Below, in pieces: positions 18,100 to 28,654 of a stretch of 64,000 bases of DNA (positions are counted from its first letter, which is position 1; each line of letters starts with the position of its first letter). Position numbers and translations under genes: made by a program. The notes under the pieces were generated by a model. The model was not told where the DNA came from. It searched no databases and saw only the letters and a list, made by a program, of their open reading frames with translations. The stretch comes from Candidatus Latescibacterota bacterium. GTDB taxonomy: Bacteria; Latescibacterota; UBA2968; GCA-2709665. The DNA lies in assembly GCA_965226795.1 (NCBI GenBank), contig CBDDDZ010000005.1, forward strand, positions 1,677,257-1,741,256, given 5' to 3'.

Positions 18100-18957
18100 A
18101 TGCAACCAGAGTTGATCGCGGACTACCGCTGTAAGACCGGCGAAGGACCGCTCTGGCATCCCTCGGAAAAAAAGGTCTACTGGACAGATATTCCCGCGGG
18201 TCGCGTGTTTCGCTACGACCCGGCCACGGGGATGCACGAAATCTGTTACACCGGGGAGGTGGTGGGGGGTTTTACCGTTCAGGAAGATGGGTCTCTGCTC
18301 TTCTTCATGGAACGAGGCGCGGTTAAAATCTGGCGCCAGGGCGAACTCACCACGTTGATCGACGAAATCCCCGATGAGCGCGAGACCCGGTTCAACGACG
18401 TGATTGCGGATCCCGAGGGCCGGGTTTTTTGCGGAACCATGTCCACGCTGGAGCGGCCGGGCAGGCTTTACCGGCTGGACACGGACGGAACGCTTCACAT
18501 GATCCTCGATGAGGTGGGGATTTCCAACGGTATGGGTTTCACGGCGGACCAGAGGATCATGTATTTCACGGACACCCCCACGCGGAATATCTACCGTTTC
18601 GACTACGATCGACAGACCGGCGACCTAATGAACCGGGAGGTATTCGCACGGGCGGCGAAAGACGATGGCATGCCGGACGGCATGACCGTGGACGCCCTTG
18701 GCTACATCTGGTCCGCCAGATGGGACGGCCATTGCCTCGTTCGCTACACACCTCACGGCGTCGAAGACCGGCGTATCGCCTTCCCGGTAAAGAAGGTGTC
18801 AAGCCTCACCTTCGGAGGAGACGACTACACCGACATCTATGTTACAACCGCGGGCGGAAACATCAAACACGAAGACGGCGAACATGCCGGCGCTCTCTTC
18901 CGGCTGAACCTGGGTATCCGGGGTGTCGAAGAATTCTATTCGCGTGTCGCACTGTAG
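18100..18957 (+). CDS. SMP-30/gluconolactonase/LRE-family protein
   Basis: ATG at 18100 (MQPELIADYRCKTGEGPLWHP) with an AAAGGA SD. Motifs of the six-bladed beta-propeller lactonase family (GEGPLW, DGMTVD) are present. Confidence 0.8.
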   Translation: MQPELIADYRCKTGEGPLWHPSEKKVYWTDIPAGRVFRYDPATGMHEICYTGEVVGGFTVQEDGSLLFFMERGAVKIWRQGELTTLIDEIPDERETRFNDVIADPEGRVFCGTMSTLERPGRLYRLDTDGTLHMILDEVGISNGMGFTADQRIMYFTDTPTRNIYRFDYDRQTGDLMNREVFARAAKDDGMPDGMTVDALGYIWSARWDGHCLVRYTPHGVEDRRIAFPVKKVSSLTFGGDDYTDIYVTTAGGNIKHEDGEHAGALFRLNLGIRGVEEFYSRVAL

Positions 18958-19163
18958 CTGTCATCACAACCACACACATAATTGCCTGTTAAGTCATAAT
19001 TCGGTGAGGATAGATGGTCCGATGAACGTGGATCGAACGAGACCGCCGTCTCCGGCAGGTTAGCGAAGTGAAAAAGCCTGATATGCAACGACATACCAGG
19101 CTTTGTTCATTCAAATGTGAAAGGATTGCAGGGACCGGCCATCCGGCGTCGAGGCGGCCCTCC

Positions 19164-19949
19164 TCAGCCCTGCGCGAGGTCCCGATAGGCCCTGAAGAGA
19201 TCAGAGTAATACGCCACAAACATCCACAAATCTCCCACCCCCCGATCGGGGCTTCGCTCCGCTTCCGCTGACATATACCCCCCGTATTCTTTCTCGCGAA
19301 GCAATCGGAACAACTCCCGATACGGATATCCCCGGCCGGCCAGATCGTGCATATGAACGTGGTCCAGCCAGGGCCAGACCGTGTTAAGTGCCACCTCAAC
19401 GGACCCGTCAACCACATCCTCCGGCACCGAATTCCAGATCAGACCGAAATTCTCATGATCCACCGTCTCCGCCACCGCACGGCACGATTGCCAGTCGAAC
19501 TCGCCATGCAGTTCCAGGCAGGGTTTGACACCCCTCGCGGTTCCGTAGGCGCAGAGTTCCTTCAGCGCATCCGCCACCTGAGCGATGGTCTTGTCTCTCG
19601 GTACGTCTTTGGGAAAGTTATTTCCAAATACCCGCACTCGGGGCGCCCCGAGGTCCGCCGCCAGCTCCATCCGTACTTTGGTCTGTTCAATCTGGTCTCG
19701 AAGGTCAGACGCATCCGTATCGTGATACCGGTTTCCCGTGGCGATGCTGATGATTTCAATACCTGCCGTCTGGCAGTCGGCCACCACCTGCTTGCATTCG
19801 GCGTCATCTATTGACGCCTCCACGCCGTGTCCGTGGCCAAGATCGGTCCTAAACTCGACGCCTTCAAACCCGTGATCCTTCAACGTCCGCAGCAGGTCCT
19901 GGCGTGAAAGATCTTTCAAGACTCCATATGTCATCCATGAAGGTTTCAC
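19164..19949 (-). CDS. Sugar phosphate isomerase/epimerase (xylose isomerase-like TIM barrel)
   Basis: 261-aa TIM-barrel family member. It lies 19 nt downstream of the PIG-L gene. Confidence 0.7.
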   Translation of the reverse strand: MKPSWMTYGVLKDLSRQDLLRTLKDHGFEGVEFRTDLGHGHGVEASIDDAECKQVVADCQTAGIEIISIATGNRYHDTDASDLRDQIEQTKVRMELAADLGAPRVRVFGNNFPKDVPRDKTIAQVADALKELCAYGTARGVKPCLELHGEFDWQSCRAVAETVDHENFGLIWNSVPEDVVDGSVEVALNTVWPWLDHVHMHDLAGRGYPYRELFRLLREKEYGGYMSAEAERSPDRGVGDLWMFVAYYSDLFRAYRDLAQG

Positions 19950-19967
19950 TATGGTTCTCCTCTCAAG

Positions 19968-20693
19968 TTAGTCCACGGCCTCCTTGCCGATCCTCGCAAA
20001 ACCTTCCGCATAGCGGCATTTGCTCATTCCCGCCATATGCTGCGCCTCAATGGCACGGTATCGGTTCAAGACCGTATACACTTCAGGTAAAGGCGGCTGC
20101 GCCGCCAGCTTCTTAAGTGCCAGGATCTTCTGTTCGAACACCGATGAAATATCCAAGTACAGATCCGGTACGAAACCCGAAACCGGCGACGTCCCCATCG
20201 TGGTTTCATAGCACACGATAGACGGTCGCGTACACGGTGCATTGTCGGTTTTGATTCCCCCTGAATTGCAGTACGAACATGCCCACAACACGGCCTGCGT
20301 GGTCTCCACGTGGTCCGGATGCATCACGTCGTTAATCCAGTGGCTCAGCACGAGATCCGGCCTGAATCGCCGAACAGCCGCAAGCAGTTGCAGGCGGCGG
20401 TCGGGGCCGACCACCAGCGGACTGTCTCCGAAATCGAAACAATCGATGCTTGCGCCCAAAATCCTGGCGGCGGCCTCGAATTCCTCCTTGCGCGTCGCCT
20501 TAACATCCTCCAGCGTCCGATCCGGGTTCTCCGCCCACAGTGCCGGCGATTCGCAGCGTTCTCCGTAGGTCAGGTTATGGACGTGTACCGTGCCGCCCGC
20601 CTTTACGAAACGAATGATCGCCCCCCCTGCGCGCGAACAGAAATCCGCCGCGTGGGCACTGAACACCAGCACTCGCATTCCCTCCCGGATCAT
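19968..20693 (-). CDS. PIG-L/LmbE-family N-acetylglucosaminyl deacetylase
   Basis: ATG at 20693 with an AAGGAG SD. Motifs MRVLVFSAHAADF and HPDH/H-x-D are characteristic of LmbE-like deacetylases. Confidence 0.75.
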   Translation of the reverse strand: MIREGMRVLVFSAHAADFCSRAGGAIIRFVKAGGTVHVHNLTYGERCESPALWAENPDRTLEDVKATRKEEFEAAARILGASIDCFDFGDSPLVVGPDRRLQLLAAVRRFRPDLVLSHWINDVMHPDHVETTQAVLWACSYCNSGGIKTDNAPCTRPSIVCYETTMGTSPVSGFVPDLYLDISSVFEQKILALKKLAAQPPLPEVYTVLNRYRAIEAQHMAGMSKCRYAEGFARIGKEAVD

Positions 20694-20811
20694 TCCATTC
20701 TCCTTCGTGCGGTGCTTTCTTCTGCACCGGGTTACAAGGCCCACAGCCTGCGGACGACTCCGTTTCGACGCCCGTTATCTGTCATAAATGCGTATTTAAG
20801 ACGCGCCTCTG

Positions 20812-21564
20812 CTACGCATTACAACCATCTTCCGGCAGCGATCCGTCGTCTTCCGGTATGTACCCCAGCATCTCCCGTGCGTTGGACAGATCCCATTTCT
20901 TCTCGCTGCCGCCCGACACACCGTAAAAAATCCCGAACTTCACGTGTTCCGCCTCGATGGACCTCCATACCAATTGCGCCAGGTCCCTTGGGCTAAGCCA
21001 TCGGGAATGGCCGGGCTCGTACCGCTGTTCAGGCGCCTCCTTACCGTTGAAATTCGCCACACGCAGGCAGATCACACGGATTCCGTGCCGTTCCGAATAA
21101 AATCTGCCGAGGGCTTCGCCAAAGGCCTTTCCCGCACCGTAAACGCCATCCGGCCGCACCGGGCTCTCCGGGGTTGAAACAAGCCCTTCCTTCTCATATA
21201 GACCCGTGACATGATTGGTACTTGCGAAAACAACCGTGGGCACGTTATTTATTCGCGCAGCCTCGAAAACATTGTACACGCCCGGATTATCGACTTCGAG
21301 GGTTGCTTTCGCCACGTCTTCCGGCGTCATTCCTTGCCATCGCCGGATGGCAAGGTGCACGATAGCGTCGATTCCGGCCGCGGCTTCGACCATTGCCGTA
21401 TAGTTGGCCACACTGCCGACAACCACCTGGTCGCCCGGATGCACATCATCCGGCACCCTCGAGTGCAGCAGAAGCCGGAAACCGTATCGCGCTCTCAGCC
21501 GGGACCGAATACACGTACCGATCGCCCCGGCCGCACCGGTCACGAATATTTGCTTCTTCCGCAT
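20812..21564 (-). CDS. NAD-dependent epimerase/dehydratase (extended SDR)
   Basis: ATG at 21564 (MRKKQIFVTGAAGAIG). Rossmann GxxGxxG and a YxxxK catalytic pair (YGAGK) are present. Confidence 0.8.
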   Translation of the reverse strand: MRKKQIFVTGAAGAIGTCIRSRLRARYGFRLLLHSRVPDDVHPGDQVVVGSVANYTAMVEAAAGIDAIVHLAIRRWQGMTPEDVAKATLEVDNPGVYNVFEAARINNVPTVVFASTNHVTGLYEKEGLVSTPESPVRPDGVYGAGKAFGEALGRFYSERHGIRVICLRVANFNGKEAPEQRYEPGHSRWLSPRDLAQLVWRSIEAEHVKFGIFYGVSGGSEKKWDLSNAREMLGYIPEDDGSLPEDGCNA

Positions 21565-21847
21565 GGCGCGGACGGATCCTCCGGCATTAAATGAACGCGA
21601 AAAACAAAACCGAACTTTCGTGCGCCTGCGACGGCGGGAAACCGACTGCCAGGACCGGACGGCCTCGACAATAAGGCCCTGCACCGCCATCGGATGGACC
21701 GGTCAAATCACGGATCCTGAAGATATCACCTACCCGCCGCAATCGCAATAACCATTAACCCGGCCCCGCGATGACCGTTGAATACGGTTTCGTTTTTGGA
21801 TATTTTCAATCCGCCCGGAAACCCTCGTCCTTCGTTTAGGAGGCACT

Positions 21848-22612
21848 TTGACGCCAATCGACATCCGATGGATTCTCGGCATAACCCGTAAAGCGGGAGA
21901 AATCGCCCTTTCCCATTTCGGCAAGACAAAAGGCACGCTCAAGGCCGATGATTCCTGGGTGACCCAGGCGGACCTGGAGGTTGAAGCCTATCTCAGGAAG
22001 GAACTCGGTTCCGCGCGTCCGAACGATGCAATACTCGGCGAAGAAGGTGTCGACCCACCCCCGACGTCACCTGTCGTATGGGCGATCGATCCGATCGACG
22101 GAACGCGGGCATTCAACCATGGCCTGCCCGTCTGGGGCGTCTCCATCGGCGTGTTTAAAAACGGCGAGCCATCCATGGGCGCCTTCATTCTTCCGGTCCT
22201 GGGAGACATCTATTACACGGACGGCGCTTCGGCCTTCTGCAACGGCCGCCCGCTCCGGCCACAGTCACCCGCCCTGGACGCCAACGCTATCCTGCTGGTC
22301 AGCGAAGGCGCATTTAAACATCTCAGGATCGACTATCCGGGTAAAACCCTCAGCCTCGGATCCGCCGCAGCGCATCTCTGCTACGTTGCCAGGGGCTCCG
22401 CGGTGGGCGCATTCGACCATGCATCGGTATGGGACTACGCCGCTGGCGCAGCCATCCTGAAAGTGCTGGGTATTCGCCTGCGGTACATTTCCGGCAAGAC
22501 GGTGGACTTCGAGGAATTGTTCCGGCTGAAGGAGGCGCCGGAACCCACCCTCGCGGCGCCAGATATCCACTTCGGCGCCCTGCAATATGCATTCCGGTCC
22601 GCGGAAAGATAG
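21848..22612 (+). CDS. Inositol monophosphatase-family phosphatase
   Basis: Motifs WAIDPIDGT and WDYAAG match the IMPase/SuhB family. Confidence 0.8.
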   Translation: MTPIDIRWILGITRKAGEIALSHFGKTKGTLKADDSWVTQADLEVEAYLRKELGSARPNDAILGEEGVDPPPTSPVVWAIDPIDGTRAFNHGLPVWGVSIGVFKNGEPSMGAFILPVLGDIYYTDGASAFCNGRPLRPQSPALDANAILLVSEGAFKHLRIDYPGKTLSLGSAAAHLCYVARGSAVGAFDHASVWDYAAGAAILKVLGIRLRYISGKTVDFEELFRLKEAPEPTLAAPDIHFGALQYAFRSAER

Positions 22613-22722
22613 CCGACTCTTGAAAGGGCGTATGGCGGAACGTCCGGTCGTTGCGTTGACCGGACGCAGCGAAGCGGTGCGTCGAGGCCGACGTCGGAAT
22701 TCATCACCGGGCACATGGGAAC

Positions 22723-23481
22723 CTATTCCGACATTCCGTAGATTCTCGCGAGGTTCTCCCCAAAGATCAGCCGCTCCGCGTCCCGCCCCAACTCCAGCCG
22801 CTGGATGGCCCGCTTCACCTGGATGGGCCGATATTCCGGCAGGTTTGAACCGAAGACCACCCGCTCCGGGCCCAATTTCTCCACCGCCGTCCTGACTTCC
22901 ACCGGTACGGCCTCTTCCGGGTTATCCGCCCACCGTTTGTGGAAACGCAAAACGGTCGTGCCCATGTATACGTTCTTGTGACGCATGCATACCGCCATTG
23001 CCTCGTCGAAATGGTCCGGAAAGCCCATATGGTCAAGGATAACCGCCGCTTCGGGAATGCGCCCTGCGATCGCGTCGGCGCGATCCGCGCTGCAATTCTC
23101 CACGCCCGTATGAATCGAAACGACGATGCCCAACTCCTGTGCAGCGTCTACGAACGGAAAAACCATCGGATCGTCCACCTCGAACTTGTGGATCGCGCCC
23201 ATCAGCTTCATACCCCTCGCCCCCTGTGCCACGTACTCATTCAATCGGGCAACGCCCAACTCCCCCATATGCGGATCCATCATGACGCACGGCAACAGGT
23301 TCGGATGCCCGGCGGTCCGTTTCAGCAGCCCGTCGTTGTCCGGATCCACCTTTGCGTCCGGCATGACCACCGCCATATCGATCCCCGCTTCCGCTTCGCA
23401 CTCGAGCAACGCCGCTACCGTCATCGGATGTCCATACCAATCTTCTGCCAGGTAGGCCTCGAAATCAGCCGTTATTGCCAT
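22723..23481 (-). CDS. Amidohydrolase-2 family metal-dependent hydrolase (TIM barrel)
   Basis: 252 aa with the HxH...H...D pattern of the PF04909-like family. Confidence 0.65.
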   Translation of the reverse strand: MAITADFEAYLAEDWYGHPMTVAALLECEAEAGIDMAVVMPDAKVDPDNDGLLKRTAGHPNLLPCVMMDPHMGELGVARLNEYVAQGARGMKLMGAIHKFEVDDPMVFPFVDAAQELGIVVSIHTGVENCSADRADAIAGRIPEAAVILDHMGFPDHFDEAMAVCMRHKNVYMGTTVLRFHKRWADNPEEAVPVEVRTAVEKLGPERVVFGSNLPEYRPIQVKRAIQRLELGRDAERLIFGENLARIYGMSE

Positions 23482-23532
23482 GTGACAACCTCCTTATACA
23501 GTTTCGGACCCCCTCACGCAGGATGCCGGTGC

Positions 23533-24330
23533 TCAGCCCGACTGCAGCGCCCGCCACCTGTCGTATGCCGTGTGCATCTCATCCGGCAAGAATCCGCGCA
23601 CATTTTCCGCAAGCATCCATTTCACTCGTTCGTCCGTACTCTGTGGCTCTTCACCTTCCACATGTTTGTGCCAACTCCCCGCAAGTGTCAATCTCTCGGG
23701 CTCCCTATTGTATATCCCGCGATGAACCGCATTTCCGCTCCAGAAAATCGTCTGCCCCGCCTTCAGGTCTATTACTTTCTGTGTCGAAATGTCAGCGTGC
23801 CGATTCTTCAAGAGGCATTCCCTCTCCTCCTCCGTCCGGTACCGTCTGTGGCTGCCCGGCACAAGCTGCAGGCAGGCGTCGTCAACCAGCGCCAGGTGCC
23901 ACTTTAATGACACCATCGGCCGTTTGAGGATTTCCATTTCTACGTCATAGGACCCGTCCCGCTCATTGGCGCCGAAATCACGGTGCCACCCTCCGCTCCA
24001 ATCCACCTCGTCGGGCGTTGTGAAAATGAGCACCCCGCCCAAACGCAACTCGCTTCCCAGCAGCGGCTCTACGTATCGCATCACCGGTTGGGACATCAGG
24101 TATTCTGCAAATACAGGTTCGTTGAATTCCGGTGCAAACAACCCCCTGATCGCCCACGGCTCCCCACCGGGTGTCCGGTGTGTATACACGTCCACCTCTC
24201 TGGAACGCGTTTTGGCCTTCACACGCCGTGTGGCGCTGAGAAGCGGCTCCAACATATCCGGGTCAACCGCGCCATCCACGACAAAGCAACCCTGTGTTTC
24301 GTACTGTTCCGCGACGTCTTCCAGAACCAT
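23533..24330 (-). CDS. Phytanoyl-CoA dioxygenase (PhyH)-family Fe(II)/2-oxoglutarate oxygenase
   Basis: 265 aa with a GGWHRD-type H-x-D...H facial triad. GGAGGA SD upstream. Confidence 0.7.
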   Translation of the reverse strand: MVLEDVAEQYETQGCFVVDGAVDPDMLEPLLSATRRVKAKTRSREVDVYTHRTPGGEPWAIRGLFAPEFNEPVFAEYLMSQPVMRYVEPLLGSELRLGGVLIFTTPDEVDWSGGWHRDFGANERDGSYDVEMEILKRPMVSLKWHLALVDDACLQLVPGSHRRYRTEEERECLLKNRHADISTQKVIDLKAGQTIFWSGNAVHRGIYNREPERLTLAGSWHKHVEGEEPQSTDERVKWMLAENVRGFLPDEMHTAYDRWRALQSG

Positions 24331-24391
24331 GAGCCAAATCCTCCATTTTTGGAAGCTGTCATAAAACCTCCGGCGGTCTTCGTGCGGCTAC

Positions 24392-24433
24392 AAAAGCGCC
24401 TGCCTGCGCGGCGCACCGCGCTGCGGGCAGGCC
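24392..24433 (-). terminator. Rho-independent terminator downstream of tamB
   Basis: A GC-rich imperfect hairpin followed on the minus strand by CTTTTGTAG. Confidence 0.4.
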
Positions 24434-24553
24434 GGTCTGCGTTGGTCAAATCCACCCGTATCTTTAGATAGGGGCGGGGTCGCCCGCCTGGACCGACACC
24501 TTTTCGCACGCGCTCGGGAACGCACCGGGAATTTTAAAACAGCTTCTTAATGT

Positions 24554-27500
24554 TCACCACTCCTTCTTCCAAAAAAGCCCCAGTGACTTCCGATCGCGTT
24601 CCCATTCGTTGCCCTCCCTCTGTTGCGCCTCCAGGGTAACCTGAGGTAACAGTTCGTATTCCACGACGACCTCCTTTCCCCGCGCCTCGGAGACATCCTG
24701 CGCATAGCTGACGAAAAACCGGGAGCCGAAATATTTCCCCGCCCGCACCCGGGTTGCGGAGCTGCCCATGCCCAGGTCGATCTCCACGACGTCCAGGTTC
24801 AACCGGCGGCCGATCGTTTGCTTCAACTGATTCGCTGCCAGGCCCAGCACAAGGACCGCGGCCTGACCTTCCAGGCGGTTGCCGTCGCCGCCTTCGCCAC
24901 CCATCAACCCGGACATTTCGTCGGCCGGCCTTCCGATCAGCAGGTAAGATAAGATGTCATTTTCGGACAGTCGCTCCGCGGCATCGCTTTCCAACGAAAT
25001 TTTCGGCTTCAGAAGCGTTCCACCCACTACGATGCTGATTACCGCGTTTTCGTTGGTAACGAGCCTGACCCTACGCGTTGCTATAATGTAGAGATCCGGA
25101 TTGATATCCGTACTCCCGCGGAAGTTGATTTCTCCGCGATGGATCGCGAAGCTTGTATTCTGAAACTCGTACCGCCCCTGCCTGCTATCGAGAGATCCGT
25201 AAACCCTGAGTCCCTCCTGGTCCTTCACCAGATCCACGTCCCCTGAAATCTCGACATTCAAATCCCTGTCGCGGATCCACACATTTCTAGAAGCCGATAC
25301 CCGGATGTCGCCGCTCAGATTCCGAAAGAACGGAGACGTCATCCAGCCGACGTCGGTCGGATATTCGATGAAATTAGACAGCCGTAGCACCGCTCGGGTC
25401 AACCCCGCCTTACCTTCTATTCGCCCCCCTTCCGCATTCCCATTCAGCTTCAATTCTGCATTAAGTGTCGCTTTGAGTTCGGGCAGGTTGATTACCTTGA
25501 ATTCCTCGGCCTGGAACGCGATATCGTAACCCTCCATCGCGTTTTCGCCCAGTTTTGCTCTAGCGCTGAGCGCGAGCCTTCCCTTTCCTTCTCGGGCCTC
25601 GAGCCGTCCCAGGACGTTTCCATTGCCTTCAAAGCTGAGTTCCACCTCTACATTCTTGAAGGTCTTGTTCAAGGGCGCAATCCGCGCGGTCCCGTCACGA
25701 AGACGAACCCATCCGTTCTGCCGAAGCGCTCGGGGAGTGCCCGTGACGTTCAGTTTCATCGCCAGAACACCTTCTGCGTTCCGCACCTCCGGGATCACGT
25801 GCGGCAGAAAGTCCAGGTCTACGCCGTCCGATTCCAGCGATATGTTTACGGGACCCTGGGGAAACAGGTCCTCCCATCCGTCAGACGATAGATTCAGCGG
25901 AAACTGCCCTTTCGTCGCGGCCTCCCGGCCGGGGGACTGCACCAGTCTCAGATCTACGGTTGCGCGTTTGTTCCGATACGCCAGAGTTCCTGAAACTTCC
26001 TTCAAGCTGACACCTGCAACGGCACCTTTCCGAAACACCAACTCTGTTTTCACCCGGGGATCGTCCAGCGTGCCGGACAGGGCAATTTTCCCTGTAAACA
26101 TCCCGCTCAGCTCGCCTGCCATTCCCGGAAGACCCGACCATATCTTCAGATCCACGTCGTTGAGACTCACGACCACGCCGTCAGCCTGTCTGCTGTGTCC
26201 CTGCGCCTGAATCGCGCCGCCGTCCCCGACCAGCCGGAAACGCTCCACAAATACACCATCGTTGGGGTGATACGTCACTCGAGAAGCGCCATCGTTGGAT
26301 AAAGACACACCGCCCACCCCCACCGTGAGGGAGTCAAGTTCGAGGTTGTATCCGGGGTCGGCCCACCCGACCCGGCCCTCGAGATGGAGGTGATCGATTT
26401 CGTCGGGACGGCTGCCCAGTATAAATGATATCCCATCTTGATTCAGCCCCAAGTCCACAGACAGGTCGTGAACCGTACGTCCACCCCATACAAGAGAATC
26501 TGCGCGGACCTCTACATCCCCCCGTGGCAGATGCAGCCCCGTCATTCCGAGCTTGACCCCGTGGATCGGGACACCACTGTAATTCACGCTGTCAGCCAGC
26601 AGATCCACCGCGGCAAAGGGTTTCGTCCACGTACCACGGATGCGTGCCACAAATGAAGCCGGCGTTCCGGACAGCCCCGGGCCGACGATACCGTCAAACG
26701 CTCTGAAATCGATGACCTGCCCGTTCGCGCGGATGTCCAGGCTGTCACCCGGCGTGACCCAACCGCGGCCTTCGATGCGCGCGCGCGTACCGGCCAGGAA
26801 CAGCCGATCCACGATCGTCCGGCGACCCTGCTGGACCACACTAACCCTTGCGCTATCCAGTTTTCCTCCGAGAAACCGCGACGCTTCCACCATCACGTCC
26901 GCACTTGCCTTTACCGAATCGGGATGAAAACCCTCTCCGTTAAGTCCAATCTGCAGTGACACGTCTTCCAAGAGGTCCTGGCGGCCCAGGAGCCGATCCA
27001 GCGCCAAGCCGTCCACCCGCACACCCGCCCGGTAGGTGGGTTGTCTTCCATCGGGGTTCCAGAATTGCCCCAGATCGATCCGGCCATGTCCCCTGACCAC
27101 GCCGTATCCGTCCGACAGTCTCACCCCTATACTGTCGAGGTTAACAATACCCTTCCGGAACGATCCGTGGAGCGCGAGTCCAGTTGCCGGAGGCAGCCCC
27201 TTGATATTTACGATGTCGAACCCCGCTTCGCCTTGCCAGATCCCATCACCCGACCGTCTCAGCGAAATTTCCCCCGTGAGGTCGACAACCCCTGGTAAAT
27301 TCCGTGACACCCTGGTAAGGTCCAGGTGTTCCAGGCGCGTTCTCAATTCATAGTACGGCTCCGCTCCCCTCCTGTCTACTTCCAGCCTAGCAGTCAGCGC
27401 ACCCGCGTCACCCTCCGCCCTCACGTCCATCATGAGCTTGCCGTTGCTAAATGACCCGGCGAAGTCCGCCGTATCGACGACTGTGCCGGAGAAAAGCGCG

Positions 27501-28618
27501 CGGGCGATGCCCCCACTAATAGTCACGTCGGCTGTCAGGGGATCCAGGCCCCGGCCCCTCAGCTGAACGTCCGCGTCGAACCGGGCGTCCAGCCCCCACC
27601 GGGGGCCGATTTTCGCCAGGTCGAACCCTGTCCCTATTGCCTTTATGTCGTAAACGACGCCTTCGTGCGTAAATTCAACCAGACCGGAAAGAGCGCAGGT
27701 TGTCAGCCCGTAGTTGAATCTCAGGTCGAGGTTCATGCCGGAAGGATCGCCCCACACCCTGCCGCCTGCGGCCAGACTTCCATGTGGATAGGTCCCGGGC
27801 AGAACTCGACCTACTTCGTTAAACGCGAGAGAATCCGCACGCAGCACAAAATCGTAATCAGGTCTTGACAGCCCGGTCATCGTTCCGTCGATCCGGACGT
27901 GGGAACCCGGCGTCTGCAGCCGAAGCCCCTCAAGTGTCAGCCGCCCATCGGCAAGCAGGGTCAGCCCGGTCAGATCCCTGACGACCAGAGGAGGATCGAA
28001 GAGAAGGGACCGGAAACGGCGTAACGCAATTTCATATCCTGTCGGACCGGCCTGAAACCCCAGAACCGCATCCAGGCTGTCGACCCGGCCGGCTGGACCC
28101 AGGCGGCACCGGCCATCCACAATCTCCACGTGGCGGATGCGTATTTCCCATTCCGGGCCCTCTTTCCACCACGCAGGGTCGGAAGCGGGCAACAGGCTAA
28201 CGGCGGAGTCCGCGGCGACCGACCCGTTGGGGGCCAGAACCCTCGGGGCGACCAGGACGAGTCTATCCACAATCACAGTGCCCCTGAGCAACGCAGTCAG
28301 CCGATACCGGGCTTCCACCGCGTCCACGACCAGCAGCGGTTCCGGCTCCGCGCCAAGGCGCACGCGTTCCATCCGGAAACCCGTTAAGGGGTTACCACGC
28401 ACGACGCCGATATCCACTACCATGCCAAGGTCCCGGGTGAGCCGCCGCTGCGCGTAGTCCTTCAGGTAGGGGTTCATCCGTCCCGACCCAATCGCCAGCA
28501 GAACGATCCCGGCTGCCACGACCACCACGGCCGCGAATAGAGCGGATATTTTAACAATACGTCTCATCGTCCTCGAATTCGACTTGATTGACCGGCGCAT
28601 TTTCCCATTGGTTGACAT
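24554..28618 (-). CDS. tamB: Translocation and assembly module subunit TamB (AsmA-like/DUF490)
   Basis: 1354 aa with an N-terminal TM anchor and long beta-rich repeats. It sits immediately downstream of a BamA/TamA-family OMP gene. Confidence 0.85.
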   Translation of the reverse strand: MSTNGKMRRSIKSNSRTMRRIVKISALFAAVVVVAAGIVLLAIGSGRMNPYLKDYAQRRLTRDLGMVVDIGVVRGNPLTGFRMERVRLGAEPEPLLVVDAVEARYRLTALLRGTVIVDRLVLVAPRVLAPNGSVAADSAVSLLPASDPAWWKEGPEWEIRIRHVEIVDGRCRLGPAGRVDSLDAVLGFQAGPTGYEIALRRFRSLLFDPPLVVRDLTGLTLLADGRLTLEGLRLQTPGSHVRIDGTMTGLSRPDYDFVLRADSLAFNEVGRVLPGTYPHGSLAAGGRVWGDPSGMNLDLRFNYGLTTCALSGLVEFTHEGVVYDIKAIGTGFDLAKIGPRWGLDARFDADVQLRGRGLDPLTADVTISGGIARALFSGTVVDTADFAGSFSNGKLMMDVRAEGDAGALTARLEVDRRGAEPYYELRTRLEHLDLTRVSRNLPGVVDLTGEISLRRSGDGIWQGEAGFDIVNIKGLPPATGLALHGSFRKGIVNLDSIGVRLSDGYGVVRGHGRIDLGQFWNPDGRQPTYRAGVRVDGLALDRLLGRQDLLEDVSLQIGLNGEGFHPDSVKASADVMVEASRFLGGKLDSARVSVVQQGRRTIVDRLFLAGTRARIEGRGWVTPGDSLDIRANGQVIDFRAFDGIVGPGLSGTPASFVARIRGTWTKPFAAVDLLADSVNYSGVPIHGVKLGMTGLHLPRGDVEVRADSLVWGGRTVHDLSVDLGLNQDGISFILGSRPDEIDHLHLEGRVGWADPGYNLELDSLTVGVGGVSLSNDGASRVTYHPNDGVFVERFRLVGDGGAIQAQGHSRQADGVVVSLNDVDLKIWSGLPGMAGELSGMFTGKIALSGTLDDPRVKTELVFRKGAVAGVSLKEVSGTLAYRNKRATVDLRLVQSPGREAATKGQFPLNLSSDGWEDLFPQGPVNISLESDGVDLDFLPHVIPEVRNAEGVLAMKLNVTGTPRALRQNGWVRLRDGTARIAPLNKTFKNVEVELSFEGNGNVLGRLEAREGKGRLALSARAKLGENAMEGYDIAFQAEEFKVINLPELKATLNAELKLNGNAEGGRIEGKAGLTRAVLRLSNFIEYPTDVGWMTSPFFRNLSGDIRVSASRNVWIRDRDLNVEISGDVDLVKDQEGLRVYGSLDSRQGRYEFQNTSFAIHRGEINFRGSTDINPDLYIIATRRVRLVTNENAVISIVVGGTLLKPKISLESDAAERLSENDILSYLLIGRPADEMSGLMGGEGGDGNRLEGQAAVLVLGLAANQLKQTIGRRLNLDVVEIDLGMGSSATRVRAGKYFGSRFFVSYAQDVSEARGKEVVVEYELLPQVTLEAQQREGNEWERDRKSLGLFWKKEW

Positions 28619-28654
28619 GTATGTGTCGTTTCAGCCGCGCACTTATACGACAAG

